Below, piece by piece: positions 49,676-58,922 of a stretch of 64,000 nucleotides of DNA. Position 1 is the stretch's first letter. Each line of letters begins with the position of its first letter. The stretch is from Pyrinomonadaceae bacterium (GTDB lineage: Bacteria > Acidobacteriota > Blastocatellia > Pyrinomonadales > Pyrinomonadaceae), in assembly GCA_040080065.1 (NCBI GenBank), contig JBEBJB010000028.1, positions 1,495 through 65,494 of the forward strand, in the 5' to 3' direction. The notes below the pieces were generated by a model, which had not been told where the DNA came from, did no database searches, and saw nothing but the letters and a program-made list of their open reading frames with translations. The translations under genes were made by a program, and so were the position numbers.

Positions 49676-52369
49676 ATGCCCGAAGATCGTCTTCCTCCCA
49701 AATTCAACCGCAACCCGATGCTCTGGCTCGGGCTGGCGTTTGCGTTGGGGATATTGTTGGCGAGCGTAGTGAGCGTCGATCTGCGGATCGTGGCGGGTAC
49801 GGCTTGTGTTTTCACGGTGGTGGCATTTGTTCTGCGTTCGAAGGCCATTTCAACGTCGCTGATCCTTGTCGCTTTCGTCTTTGCAGGAACGTCGGCAGCG
49901 ATCGCGGAAAAGCAAAGCGTATCGCTCAATCGGCTAAAAATCCTCTACGATAACGGCACACTGATGTCCGGGGACCCGGTCGAGGTCGAAGGCGTTTTGC
50001 TCGGACGGCCTGAATCATCGGTCGACGGTGCAGTCCTAAACCTCGCGGTCGATCACATTAAACAACACGGCACTGAACGAAAGGTCAGCGGCAACGTCCG
50101 TCTCTACGTTCAAACCGAGAATCTCAAATCTGAAATCTCAGATCTCAAATATGGCTCCCGCCTGCGTATCGCCACCAAACTCGAACGCGACGATGAATTC
50201 CTAAACCCCGGTGTGATCCCAAAACGCGAGATCCTCGACCGCATCGGTGTCGATGCGACGGGAGCGGTGAAGAGCCCGCTGCTGATCGAAAAGATCGCTG
50301 ACGAGAGCGTTTTCCTGCCGTTGGCGTGGGTTTACGATCAGCGGGCGAAGATGATCGAGAGCTTTCGCCAGAACCTTAGCGGCCCATCCGGTGGGGTGAT
50401 GATCGCGAGTTTGTTGGGGAACAAGCAGTTTTTGGATAAGGACACGGCCGACTTGTTTCGTGAAGGCGGGACGTTTCATATTCTGGTGATTTCGGGATTG
50501 CATATCACTTTCATTGGTGGTTTGCTGCTGCTTTTTCTGCGTCGACTTACGCCGAATCGCTGGATTCAATTTTCCGTAACGACGTCGGTTTTGTGGGCAT
50601 ATACGCTGGCTGTGGGAGCCGATGTTCCGGTCGTTCGGGCGGCTTTGATGTCTACGGTGATGTTGTTTTCGTACAGCATCTACCGGCGATCCGGTTTGCT
50701 GAATTCGCTGGGGTTTTGCGGGCTGGTCTTGCTTGTTTGGCGGCCTTCGGAACTGTTCAATTCATCGTTTCAACTGACCTTTGTTAGCGTTGCGGCGATC
50801 ATCGCGGTTGCGTATCCGTTGATCGAGATGCTGCGGAATATCGGCGGTTGGATGCCGACCAGAGAGCGGCCATTTCCACCGGATGTGCCGATCTGGCTCA
50901 AACGTGTTTGCGAGACGATCTACTGGAGCGAAGACCGCTGGCGATTCGAATCGAAGCGTCAGATATGGACCGCAAATATCTTCAAATCTCCGATGCTTGC
51001 GACAAAGATAACGAATGGCGTTCAATTTGCCGTGCGGTATATTTTTGAAGGCATCCTTGTTTCGCTGATCGTCCAGATCTGTATGCTGCCGCTGTCGGTG
51101 GTTTACTTTCATCGGGTGTCGCTGATCTCGGTGGTGCTGAATTTATGGGTCGGGCTTTTCATCGCTCTGGAGAGTTTTGCTGCCGTTCTAGGCGTTGTGG
51201 CGGGGCAGTTCAGCGAGCTGCTTGCTCGCGGTATTTTCGCTTTTGCGGAACTGTTTAACTGGCTGATGCTCTCGCTGCCACGCCTGTTTTCGGATAATAG
51301 CTGGCTGAGCTATCGGCCGCCAGCGTATTCGGGGAATGGACGGGGGATCTACTTGCTGTTCTTTATTCCGGTTGTGATTCTGGCAATAGCTCTGAGCCGT
51401 TGGCGTCCGTTTGATATTAAGCCGAAAGCGGCGATCATTGATCGAAAAGTGCTTGTGCCGACGACTGCTGTCCTTGCCGCCCTAATAGCCGCGATCATAT
51501 TTCATCCTTTAAGTTCACCACGGCCTGACAGCCGCCTTCATGTTGATTTTCTAGATGTCGGGCAAGGCGATTCTGCATTAGTTACATTTCCAGATGGCCG
51601 GACGATGCTGGTTGATGGCGGCGGGCAGCAGAAATACAAGAAGGCAGACGAAAGGGAAGAACCGTTTGTACCTGACGCTCAGGGCATCGGCGAATCGGTC
51701 GTTTCCGCCTTTCTTTGGCACCGAGGCTATTCGCGAATCGACTTTATCGTGGCCACGCATGCTGATGCTGACCATATTCAGGGATTAACGGACGTTGTGA
51801 AGAATTTCTCCGTCGGTTCCGCGATCTTTGGCCGCATGCCCTTGAATGACCCTGATCTCGCTAACCTTGTCGAGGTTCTGAAACGTCGCGGCATCGGAAC
51901 TGAGATCGTCGAACGCGGCGACGTGTTCGAGATCGGTGGAGCGAGCGTCGAGGTACTTTTTCCGGCTGCGACGGACGATCCGCAGGCGGTTTCAAATAAC
52001 GATAGTTCCGTCGTCCTTCGGTTGGTTTATGGCAGCCGATCGATATTGCTGACGGGCGATATCGAGCAGCGGGCGGAGAGGGAATTGACCGACGGCACAA
52101 CCGTTTTGAGTGCCGACGTTGTCAAAGTTCCGCACCACGGCAGCCGGACGTCATCGACTGCGGCATTTGTAGAACAAATAGCCGCCAAGTACGCAGTTAT
52201 CTCTGTCGGACGAACCTCGCCGTTCGGACATCCGCATCCGGAGGTTGTTGAGCGGTGGAAAGCCAGCGGGTCCGCCGTTTCAACGGCCGGAGCGCGGGGA
52301 ACGATCACGGTTTCGACCGACGGCACGGATCTGGTCGTCACAGATATGACGACTGCAAACAACAACTAA
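49676..52369 (+). CDS. comEC: DNA internalization competence protein ComEC/Rec2
   Basis: 897 aa. Competence membrane domain plus a C-terminal metallo-beta-lactamase domain (DVGQGDSALV...ATHADADHIQGL...VPHHGS). Confidence 0.9.
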   Translation: MPEDRLPPKFNRNPMLWLGLAFALGILLASVVSVDLRIVAGTACVFTVVAFVLRSKAISTSLILVAFVFAGTSAAIAEKQSVSLNRLKILYDNGTLMSGDPVEVEGVLLGRPESSVDGAVLNLAVDHIKQHGTERKVSGNVRLYVQTENLKSEISDLKYGSRLRIATKLERDDEFLNPGVIPKREILDRIGVDATGAVKSPLLIEKIADESVFLPLAWVYDQRAKMIESFRQNLSGPSGGVMIASLLGNKQFLDKDTADLFREGGTFHILVISGLHITFIGGLLLLFLRRLTPNRWIQFSVTTSVLWAYTLAVGADVPVVRAALMSTVMLFSYSIYRRSGLLNSLGFCGLVLLVWRPSELFNSSFQLTFVSVAAIIAVAYPLIEMLRNIGGWMPTRERPFPPDVPIWLKRVCETIYWSEDRWRFESKRQIWTANIFKSPMLATKITNGVQFAVRYIFEGILVSLIVQICMLPLSVVYFHRVSLISVVLNLWVGLFIALESFAAVLGVVAGQFSELLARGIFAFAELFNWLMLSLPRLFSDNSWLSYRPPAYSGNGRGIYLLFFIPVVILAIALSRWRPFDIKPKAAIIDRKVLVPTTAVLAALIAAIIFHPLSSPRPDSRLHVDFLDVGQGDSALVTFPDGRTMLVDGGGQQKYKKADEREEPFVPDAQGIGESVVSAFLWHRGYSRIDFIVATHADADHIQGLTDVVKNFSVGSAIFGRMPLNDPDLANLVEVLKRRGIGTEIVERGDVFEIGGASVEVLFPAATDDPQAVSNNDSSVVLRLVYGSRSILLTGDIEQRAERELTDGTTVLSADVVKVPHHGSRTSSTAAFVEQIAAKYAVISVGRTSPFGHPHPEVVERWKASGSAVSTAGARGTITVSTDGTDLVVTDMTTANNN

Positions 52370-52408
52370 AGGCGACCGGATGACGACAACCACCCGATCG
52401 CCCAGCCT

Positions 52409-53410
52409 TTACATCGCTGGCGTTTCAAACATGAACGCCAGCTTCCATGCCTCGCCTTCTTTTACATAGACGGCGGCTTGATAGAGCGGCCCGTTCTTTT
52501 GGCCGTCGCAGGTGCCGTCAGATGTACCTTTCAAAGTTAGAATCTCGACCGTTGGCGAGATCGCTGAGGCAAAACCGTCGGTGACGCCCACCTTGGTTAT
52601 GCCTTCGCATTTCATGGTCTCGGTCCATTGTTTGATAACGTTGGCTTTGCCGTTGATCCATGTTCCGATCGGGTCGACGATAGCAAGATTGCTGGATGAG
52701 ATCTCTTCGAACTTCTTAGCGTCTTTTGCCTTAAATGCTTCCCAGCCCGAAGTGTGAATTTTTACAAGAGCTTCGGTGTTCGCACCCGGCTGTGGGGCGG
52801 CGGGCTTGTCCGTTTTGGCGGCGTCATCCTTCTTGGGCTCTTCCTTTTTCGCTTCGGCCTTTGCCGGTGGCGGTGGAGGCGATTTTGGGTCGATGATCAT
52901 AGTTTCGCCGTGAAAGGCACCTTTCCACTTGTCGCCATCGCGGACGTAGATGCTCGCTGCCCGAATCGGGCTCGGCAATTTTTGAGCCTTTCCGTCCTGC
53001 CCTGTGCACGAGCCGTCGAATGTGCCTTTGTAGCTAATCGCGTATGTGTCCGCGTTTATCATCGACATCTGCGGGTCTTCGAGATTCCACGTTTTGACAT
53101 CGCACTTGAACGAGCCGATCATCCCGAGCACATCCGCACGGTTCATCCGTTGGCCTTGCTCCATGGAGACAAACTTATCGGAAAGAAAGCCCTCGAAATA
53201 CGCCTCGTCGCCCTTGATCCAGGCTTCGTTCGCCTGTTTGTCCATTGCAAATAGAGCATCGACCGTCGGTGCCGCCGCGACAGGTTTTGCGGCATTTGCG
53301 TTTGAAGCGTTAGCATTATTCGCCGTTATTTTGTTATCTGCGGGAGCTCCGCAAGCTGTGAGCAAAGCCGCAGCTGCTAAAGCAAAAGTAATCAAACTCG
53401 TACGTTTCAT
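52409..53410 (-). CDS. lipoprotein with two NTF2-like (DUF4440/SnoaL-like) domains
   Basis: 333 aa. Lipobox LLTACG. Two similar ~120-aa modules joined by a P/A/K-rich linker. Paralog of 54049-55011. Confidence 0.6.
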   Translation of the reverse strand: MKRTSLITFALAAAALLTACGAPADNKITANNANASNANAAKPVAAAPTVDALFAMDKQANEAWIKGDEAYFEGFLSDKFVSMEQGQRMNRADVLGMIGSFKCDVKTWNLEDPQMSMINADTYAISYKGTFDGSCTGQDGKAQKLPSPIRAASIYVRDGDKWKGAFHGETMIIDPKSPPPPPAKAEAKKEEPKKDDAAKTDKPAAPQPGANTEALVKIHTSGWEAFKAKDAKKFEEISSSNLAIVDPIGTWINGKANVIKQWTETMKCEGITKVGVTDGFASAISPTVEILTLKGTSDGTCDGQKNGPLYQAAVYVKEGEAWKLAFMFETPAM

Positions 53411-53539
53411 AAATTTTCTCCATCGGAAATTGAATATCTCGAAACTGTTCCCAAAGGTGGAACAACCAACTAAGACTCAGGTAATAGTCACGTTTTTGCT
53501 AATCAGCTTATATGAATATAAGAATTTGTCAAGACATAT

Positions 53540-54050
53540 CGCGTTGCAAAAGCCCGCAGGTCAGTAAGGGCGTTCTGTGGCACAAGCCCGCACGTTAGTA
53601 AGGGCGTTCCTGTGGCACCATCAGTAAGGGGGTTTGCGTGGCACAAGCCCGCATGTCAGTAAGGGCGTTTCGCTTGAACGATTGATTTTGATTCGAGACA
53701 CGACGATGCTCCTGCATACCGCTTCAATGTGCATATCGCCCTTACTAACGTGCGGGCTAGTGCAACGATGGTCCTCGCGGTGCAAAAGCCCGCGTGTAAA
53801 CCAGGGCGTTCTTGTGGCACAAGCCCGCATGTCAGTAAGGGCGTTTCGCTTGAACAATTGATTTTGATTCGAGACACGACGATGCTCCTGCATACCCCTC
53901 AATGTGCATATCGCCCTTACTAACGTGCGGGCTTGTGCCACGATCGCCTTAATGTTCATACCGCCCTTACTAACGTGCGGGCTTGTGCCACGATCGCCTT
54001 AATGTTCATACCGCCCTTACTAACGTGCGGGCTTGTGCCACGATGGCATT
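53540..54050. repeat. cluster (BIME-like) of about 10 family-1-related REP arms including a ~175-bp direct duplication
   Basis: Repeated aagcccgca(t/c)gt(c/t)agtaagggcg and the inverse cgcccttactaacgtgcgggcttgtgccacg. 53633-53760 is nearly identical to 53810-53937. The 3' end carries three tandem atcgccttaatgttcataccgcccttactaacgtgcgggcttgtgccacg units. Confidence 0.85.
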
Positions 54051-55011
54051 AGGCGGCTGGATTTTCGAACGTATAGACAATCTTCCATTCCCCAGCTTCT
54101 TTCAAAAATATCGATGTGCCCCAGAAGCTTTCGAGCGGCGGGCCTTCGCAGGTTCCGGTGGCGTTGCCTTTGAAGGTGAGGATGCCGATGACGGGTGAGA
54201 TCTGGGTGGCGATGCCGTCGGACGGGGCGGCGGTTTTGATGTCGCATTTTGGCAGGATCCACGCATCGACTACCGCATTTCTGCCGACGGTGACGGTTCC
54301 GGTGCCGTCGACGAGCGTGAGGTCTTCGGTTAAAAGATGTTCCATGGCCGCACGGTCGCGGGCCTTCCACGCATCCCACACCTTTGTTTCGACAGCGAAA
54401 AGCTCGCCGGTAAAGGCTTCGCTCTTCGGTGCCTCGGCTTGCCTGGCTGCGGGCTTTTTCGGTGCAGCGGCCTTCGGTGAAGCTGGTTTCTGAGCCGCCG
54501 CCGGATCGAGTACCACCACATCATTGTGGTACGCCGAACGCCATTTGTCGCCGTTTCTGACGTAGAGCGAAGCCGACATCACCGGGCTCGGCAGCTTTTG
54601 TCCGCCGCAGGTTCCGTCGATGGTGACCTTGACGGTCAGAGCGATGGCATCGTTGCCGACCGGCGTCATCTTTTCGTCCGACAGGGAATAGCTCGCGACC
54701 TCGCATTTGGTTTCGGTGATGCGTTTGATGATGCCCGCTTTGTCGACTCGCGTGCCGCCGATGAACGAGACATAGTCGTCAGCGTAATACTCCTTCCAGA
54801 ATGCGGCATCGCCTTTTTTCCAAGCTTCCAAAGCCTTCGTTTCCAGCTCAAGCAGCGAGCCTTTCGTCGGAGCCGCCGCAACGGCCTTCTCGATCTTAGC
54901 CGTCGTCTCAGCGTTCGCCGGTACAGCGTCAGCATTCGCCGCACCGCCACCGCAGCCCGCAAACAAACCAACCGCAACCATAAACCCAACAAACACAAAC
55001 CCTTTCATCAT
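54049..55011 (-). CDS. lipoprotein with two NTF2-like (DUF4440/SnoaL-like) domains, paralog
   Basis: Start at MMKGFVFVGFMVAVGLFAGCGG (lipobox). Same two-module architecture as 52409-53410. Confidence 0.6.
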   Translation of the reverse strand: MMKGFVFVGFMVAVGLFAGCGGGAANADAVPANAETTAKIEKAVAAAPTKGSLLELETKALEAWKKGDAAFWKEYYADDYVSFIGGTRVDKAGIIKRITETKCEVASYSLSDEKMTPVGNDAIALTVKVTIDGTCGGQKLPSPVMSASLYVRNGDKWRSAYHNDVVVLDPAAAQKPASPKAAAPKKPAARQAEAPKSEAFTGELFAVETKVWDAWKARDRAAMEHLLTEDLTLVDGTGTVTVGRNAVVDAWILPKCDIKTAAPSDGIATQISPVIGILTFKGNATGTCEGPPLESFWGTSIFLKEAGEWKIVYTFENPAA

Positions 55012-55096
55012 CTCAAAAGCTCCCCACGCACCAAAAAACACAAAAGCCCGAGGGCTTTCAAATATTAAAAACCATCCGAGCGTGGGAGTTATATAC

Positions 55097-55125
55097 TTGA
55101 CAAACCCAAATCATTGTAATATCCT
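55097..55125 (+). promoter_or_regulatory. candidate sigma-70 promoter of the transposase gene
   Basis: TTGACA-N17-TATCCT, followed by a GAGGA RBS before the ATG at 55147. Confidence 0.4.
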
Positions 55126-55146
55126 TTAATCATTGAGGATATAACG

Positions 55147-56103
55147 ATGAACCTTGCCCAACTTACCAAGATTGTAGCAGACGAAGATTTAGCCCGCGAA
55201 TTGCTCGAAAAGATGCGGTGGAACGGTAACGCCGTATGCCCGCATTGTGATGCAGAGAAAGCCTATCAACTTACTCCGAAAGAGGGTAGCAAGACCCGCA
55301 AAGGTCTTTGGAAATGTCGCGTGTGCCGCAAGCAGTTCACGGTCACGGTCGGCACGATCTTCGAAGGTTCGAGAATCCCGATCAGCAAATGGCTAATGGC
55401 TTTGCACCTGATTTGTTCGTCAAAGAAAGGCATCTCGGCTTTACAGCTTTCCCGCAACCTAGGACTCACATACAAATCAGCTTGGTTTATGGCTCACAGA
55501 ATCCGTTACGGTATGAGTCAGGAACCTTTACGTACAAAACTCAAAGGTACGGTCGAAGCTGACGAAACGTACATCGGCGGCAAGGCTAAGAATATGCACA
55601 AAGCGGAACGCATCAGAGCAATGGAGGGACGCAAAGGCGGCACTCACTCCAAAGCTCCGGTCGTAACGCTCGTAGAACGCGACGGACGCGTTAAAACGCA
55701 CCATATGGAACACGTAACGGGAGTGAACATCAAACGCGTTATGCGTGAGTGCATCACACCTGACAACGCTTTCTTGATGACTGACGAAGCATATCCTTAT
55801 AACGGTGCGAATCGTATGTTCTTAGGACACGCAACGGTCAACCACAGCGAGAAAGAATATGTTCGCGGTACTGGAGCGGGCGCAGTTCATTGCAACACCG
55901 CTGAAAGCGTTCACGCATTGCTCAAACGCGGCGTGGTTGGTGTCTATCATCACTGGAGCAAAAAGCACCTTCACCGCTACTTAGCAGAGTTCGATTTCCG
56001 TTGGAATACTCGCAAGATCACGGACGGTGAAAGAATGGCAGAAGCGGTTACTATGGTCGGCGGTAAACGGCTGAAATATTCTGACCCTATTAAGAAGCAT
56101 TAG
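55147..56103 (+). CDS. IS1595-family (ISXO2-like) DDE transposase
   Basis: 318 aa. N-terminal zinc ribbon (CPHCDAEKAY...WKCRVCRKQFTVTVGTIFE), then EADETYIGGK...LMTDEAYPY...HCNTAESVHALLKR. No terminal inverted repeats found. Confidence 0.85.
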   Translation: MNLAQLTKIVADEDLARELLEKMRWNGNAVCPHCDAEKAYQLTPKEGSKTRKGLWKCRVCRKQFTVTVGTIFEGSRIPISKWLMALHLICSSKKGISALQLSRNLGLTYKSAWFMAHRIRYGMSQEPLRTKLKGTVEADETYIGGKAKNMHKAERIRAMEGRKGGTHSKAPVVTLVERDGRVKTHHMEHVTGVNIKRVMRECITPDNAFLMTDEAYPYNGANRMFLGHATVNHSEKEYVRGTGAGAVHCNTAESVHALLKRGVVGVYHHWSKKHLHRYLAEFDFRWNTRKITDGERMAEAVTMVGGKRLKYSDPIKKH

Positions 56104-56534
56104 CTAGGGCTTTTGCTTTCGAATAGGGCAGAATCCGCCACTCCAATTTTGAGCGGCGTTGTGAAATATAATTCCCCGTTGCCGTCTGATAGTTGAATTT
56201 CGTAATCACCTTCAACTGGAAGCACTATCCCACTAAGCTCTACTCCAAGGAGCATTTTCGAATCGGAGTTCTCAGGAATTGTAAAATCTGCAAGCGGTAA
56301 TTCAACTAACACCTCTTTCGATGGCAATTTCAACGTAAATGTTGATTGATGCACTCCCGCCTTGCCGGATACGTAAAAGCCAATTATTAAGTCGGCTACT
56401 GATTTATTTATTTCTTTTAAGTTGATTCGAACGTCCGGAGCAATCCCGAAAAGCCCATTGATCGAGATTTTGCCTAAGATTTCTTGCCGAATATCTTCAC
56501 AAACTAAACAATGTCTAACTTCAATATCTGCCAT
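56100..56534 (-). CDS. hypothetical beta-sandwich-like protein (possibly DUF6941-like)
   Basis: 144 aa. MADIEVRHCLVCEDIRQEILGKISINGLFG... Last gene of a three-gene minus-strand operon. Family assignment is from memory only. Confidence 0.45.
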   Translation of the reverse strand: MADIEVRHCLVCEDIRQEILGKISINGLFGIAPDVRINLKEINKSVADLIIGFYVSGKAGVHQSTFTLKLPSKEVLVELPLADFTIPENSDSKMLLGVELSGIVLPVEGDYEIQLSDGNGELYFTTPLKIGVADSALFESKSPS

Positions 56535-56538
56535 AAAT

Positions 56539-57150
56539 CTAGCTCCACTTCCCTAAAGCGAAGTTCGTGTTAACAGATGCACTTCGCGAATGTAATGCCC
56601 CAGGTATCCGTTTGTTAACCATCTTGGCGGCTATGCACACAAATAACGTGCTTGCCGCAGCTTGTCTTACAGCGTATTCAGCCATCGTAATGCGGCTAAT
56701 TGCCTGTGGCTTTTTAAGCGCAGGGCGCCCGCCTTTCATTCCATTCGCTCTTGCCGCGATTGCTTTAGCAGAAGTCTTTTTACTCCCACCAAGCCGTGCG
56801 ATCGCTTTCATCCATTCCTTCGTGCCAAAAATATTTGCGGCTAATCCTGCTACTGTGTAATGAGCGTTAAGATTATCCCAATGGATTGCATCTCCCGATT
56901 TTGTAACATAACCCTTTCGAATCTCAGCCGCAGAAGCATTTCTAAGTTCCTTTATTTTATAAACTGGGAAATCGATTCGGATGCCGTCTTTAGCTCTTAC
57001 TGATAAGACTCGCCCTTTCGGAATAAACCTGTATGAAAGGGCAACGGGCTTATCCTTTACGTAGTCCTTATAAAGTGACTTACCGTGCTGGATTTGCGCA
57101 TCTAATTCATCGTCGGTGAAAACCCACTCGCCGTTAACTTTTTTTGCCAT
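56539..57150 (-). CDS. DUF2442-domain protein with extended basic C-terminal tail
   Basis: 203 aa. LSVRAKDGIRIDFPVYKIKELRNASAAEIRKGYVTKSGDAIHWDNLNAHYTVAGL is DUF2442-like. It is followed by ARLGGSKKTSAKAIAARANGMKGGRP. Confidence 0.6.
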   Translation of the reverse strand: MAKKVNGEWVFTDDELDAQIQHGKSLYKDYVKDKPVALSYRFIPKGRVLSVRAKDGIRIDFPVYKIKELRNASAAEIRKGYVTKSGDAIHWDNLNAHYTVAGLAANIFGTKEWMKAIARLGGSKKTSAKAIAARANGMKGGRPALKKPQAISRITMAEYAVRQAAASTLFVCIAAKMVNKRIPGALHSRSASVNTNFALGKWS

Positions 57151-57403
57151 TTCCTTTCCTTTTGTCTTCTGTTTCGTTGAAAAGCTTTCTTAGCCGCCCT
57201 TGATTTGCCAAAAATATTCTAAAGGCTCGCTTTGCATCATTGCTTTTTATCCGAGGATTCATCGGACCGATCTCCGGTGGCGCATCATCGCTGCCAAAAA
57301 TCATTTTCATTTTCATTCCATCCACTTCCGCGTCAATATGAGGCGGATCGTGATCGTTGGAATATGCATTAAAGCGAATGCCCTGTATTGTCTTTGCGCC
57401 CAT
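57134..57403 (-). CDS. DUF4160 family protein
   Basis: 89 aa. GIRFNAYSNDHDPPHIDAEVDGMKMKM is the DUF4160 signature. Overlaps the DUF2442 gene by 17 nt. Confidence 0.7.
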   Translation of the reverse strand: MGAKTIQGIRFNAYSNDHDPPHIDAEVDGMKMKMIFGSDDAPPEIGPMNPRIKSNDAKRAFRIFLANQGRLRKLFNETEDKRKGNGKKS

Positions 57404-57577
57404 TTAATGGAAGTTTTGCTACTTAGGAGCGCAATCAACTACTTTGATGCTAAACCCAAGCGGATAGGTTTGTCAATATTTTTTAAGGCTCTTTAAGTTT
57501 AAGCAAATGTAACGGAAAGTGAACGAGCCTGTCAATTTAGGGGCTTGTTTAAAATGCACTACTATGCTAATAATAAA

Positions 57578-57663
57578 TGCGGACGGCGGGATTCGAACCC
57601 ACAAAACCCTGCTAGGTCGCTCGTTTCCTGAACGAGTGCGGTTACCAGTTTCGCCACGTCCGC
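57578..57663 (-). tRNA. type-II (long variable arm) tRNA, Leu-like, with non-canonical anticodon loop; no encoded CCA
   Basis: Minus strand: GCGGACGTGGCGAAACTGGTAACCGCACTCGTTCAGGAAACGAGCGACCTAGCAGGGTTTTGTGGGTTCGAATCCCGCCGTCCGCA. The Leu-like D-arm and discriminator A are present. The best 5-bp anticodon stem leaves loop UCAGGAA (C33, AGG), although CAG is present one nt out of register. Confidence 0.7.
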
Positions 57664-57826
57664 GTAAGAAAGTTGAGGCTTTAACCGAGCCTCTGCGGTT
57701 TTTAGTTAAATAGGCTTAATGCCTATGGGGGCACTACAATTACAACGATCATAATAAGCATGTGATTGTCCTCCATTCTTAAGAAATCGGCTTGTGATAC
57801 TCGCAATATCACGGGCCGTTTTTGCG

Positions 57827-58591
57827 TTAAAGCAAACTTGCTGATTCGTCTTGGCTTTCTTTGGATACCGCCTCGTATTCATCGAACAGATCATTGAGGG
57901 CAAGAATAAACTCCCGATCTCTACCTTTTTTCAACTCAAGCACGTTGGCATCAGATCCGAGCCATACGATCTTGCCGCTATCGGCGAGCGTGATGATCTT
58001 CATGGCTTTAATCACATTATCGTTGTCACCGCCTATAGCTCCATGGGATTTTTCCTTGCTAACGTCTGCCTCTTTTTTGACCGCTCCACTTCCAGCCATT
58101 GAGGCCGCCCCGTTAGCTTCGGGTTTCTTCTTTCTTGGCGAACGGATTCGTTGTGTCAGTAGCTTGGAATAGGCGGTTCCGGTGTAGTCGAGTGCCCCAA
58201 AGAAAAAAGCTCTTGCTTTCTTCCGTGTGTCCCCGTGGACGTTGTATAGGTCAGACGAAAACAGAGATTCGAATTGTGAGGGGCTAACCCTTGTTAAATC
58301 TGCCGCAAACAGGTTCTCGAACTTCTTCAACAATATCGCTTTGAGGTAGCCTTTCCGGTTCTCTTTATCCGAAACCAACCGATCAAGTTCGTCTTGTGGA
58401 ATCCCTTTATCATCGATCAGCCCCAAAAACAGCAAGGCGCTCATTATCTGGCTTTGCGTCGCTCCACTAAAACTCGGAAAAAATGATCTATCCAGTATAT
58501 TCGGAACGCCATGTGAGTGTAGGTGATCAAGTGTCGTTAGAAACGTCTTGAACGGAACATACGGTGCGGTCAATGCCTTTGTCTTTTCCAT
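57827..58591 (-). CDS. hypothetical protein (possibly DUF5343-like N-terminal domain)
   Basis: 254 aa. PYVPFKTFLTTLDHLHSHGVPNILDRSFFPSFSGATQSQIMSALLFLGLIDDKG. Lys-rich linker and a conserved-looking C-terminus. Family assignment is from memory only. Confidence 0.5.
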   Translation of the reverse strand: MEKTKALTAPYVPFKTFLTTLDHLHSHGVPNILDRSFFPSFSGATQSQIMSALLFLGLIDDKGIPQDELDRLVSDKENRKGYLKAILLKKFENLFAADLTRVSPSQFESLFSSDLYNVHGDTRKKARAFFFGALDYTGTAYSKLLTQRIRSPRKKKPEANGAASMAGSGAVKKEADVSKEKSHGAIGGDNDNVIKAMKIITLADSGKIVWLGSDANVLELKKGRDREFILALNDLFDEYEAVSKESQDESASLL

Positions 58592-58706
58592 AATTTACCC
58601 CCAATGCGTTTAAACATACTCGTTACCCCGTAATGCTGTCAATACCTGATAGTAAAATATTTAGACTTTTTTTGGAGATACGAAAAAGTCCTAATAAAAT
58701 AGGTCT

Positions 58707-58922
58707 ATGAACTTAATAGATTTATACACAAAGGGTGACCGTATCATCGTAAAAGCCTTTCCAGATCGAACGTTAGAGCGCCGGGTGGCAGGCATGTTAG
58801 ACGGCAAAACTGTCTTTGTTTGTAATGATGAAGAATTTAACGCCGCATTGGAAGAAGGGCGGGAACCGACCTCAATTGGCTTTCCGATCACTGATGTTAT
58901 AATCAATGACTATGAACAATGA
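58707..58922 (+). CDS. hypothetical protein (71 aa)
   Basis: ORF only, in the AT-richer island. Confidence 0.35.
   Translation: MNLIDLYTKGDRIIVKAFPDRTLERRVAGMLDGKTVFVCNDEEFNAALEEGREPTSIGFPITDVIINDYEQ

Noticed and set aside
53540-54050. Possible CRISPR array
   Set aside because: The repeats occur in both orientations as palindrome arms. Spacing is irregular and the 'spacers' are themselves duplicated. No cas genes or leader are present. This fits a REP cluster instead.
53621-54379. ORFs translating to PLLTCGL / SPHVSKG-type peptides and a 119-aa ORF overlapping the lipoprotein gene
   Set aside because: They are translations of REP arms, or antisense to the NTF2-like lipoprotein gene.
55081-56140. 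Complete IS1595 element with terminal inverted repeats
   Set aside because: No inverted repeats were recognisable at the ends, and the transposase stop overlaps a convergent gene. Only the transposase CDS is called.
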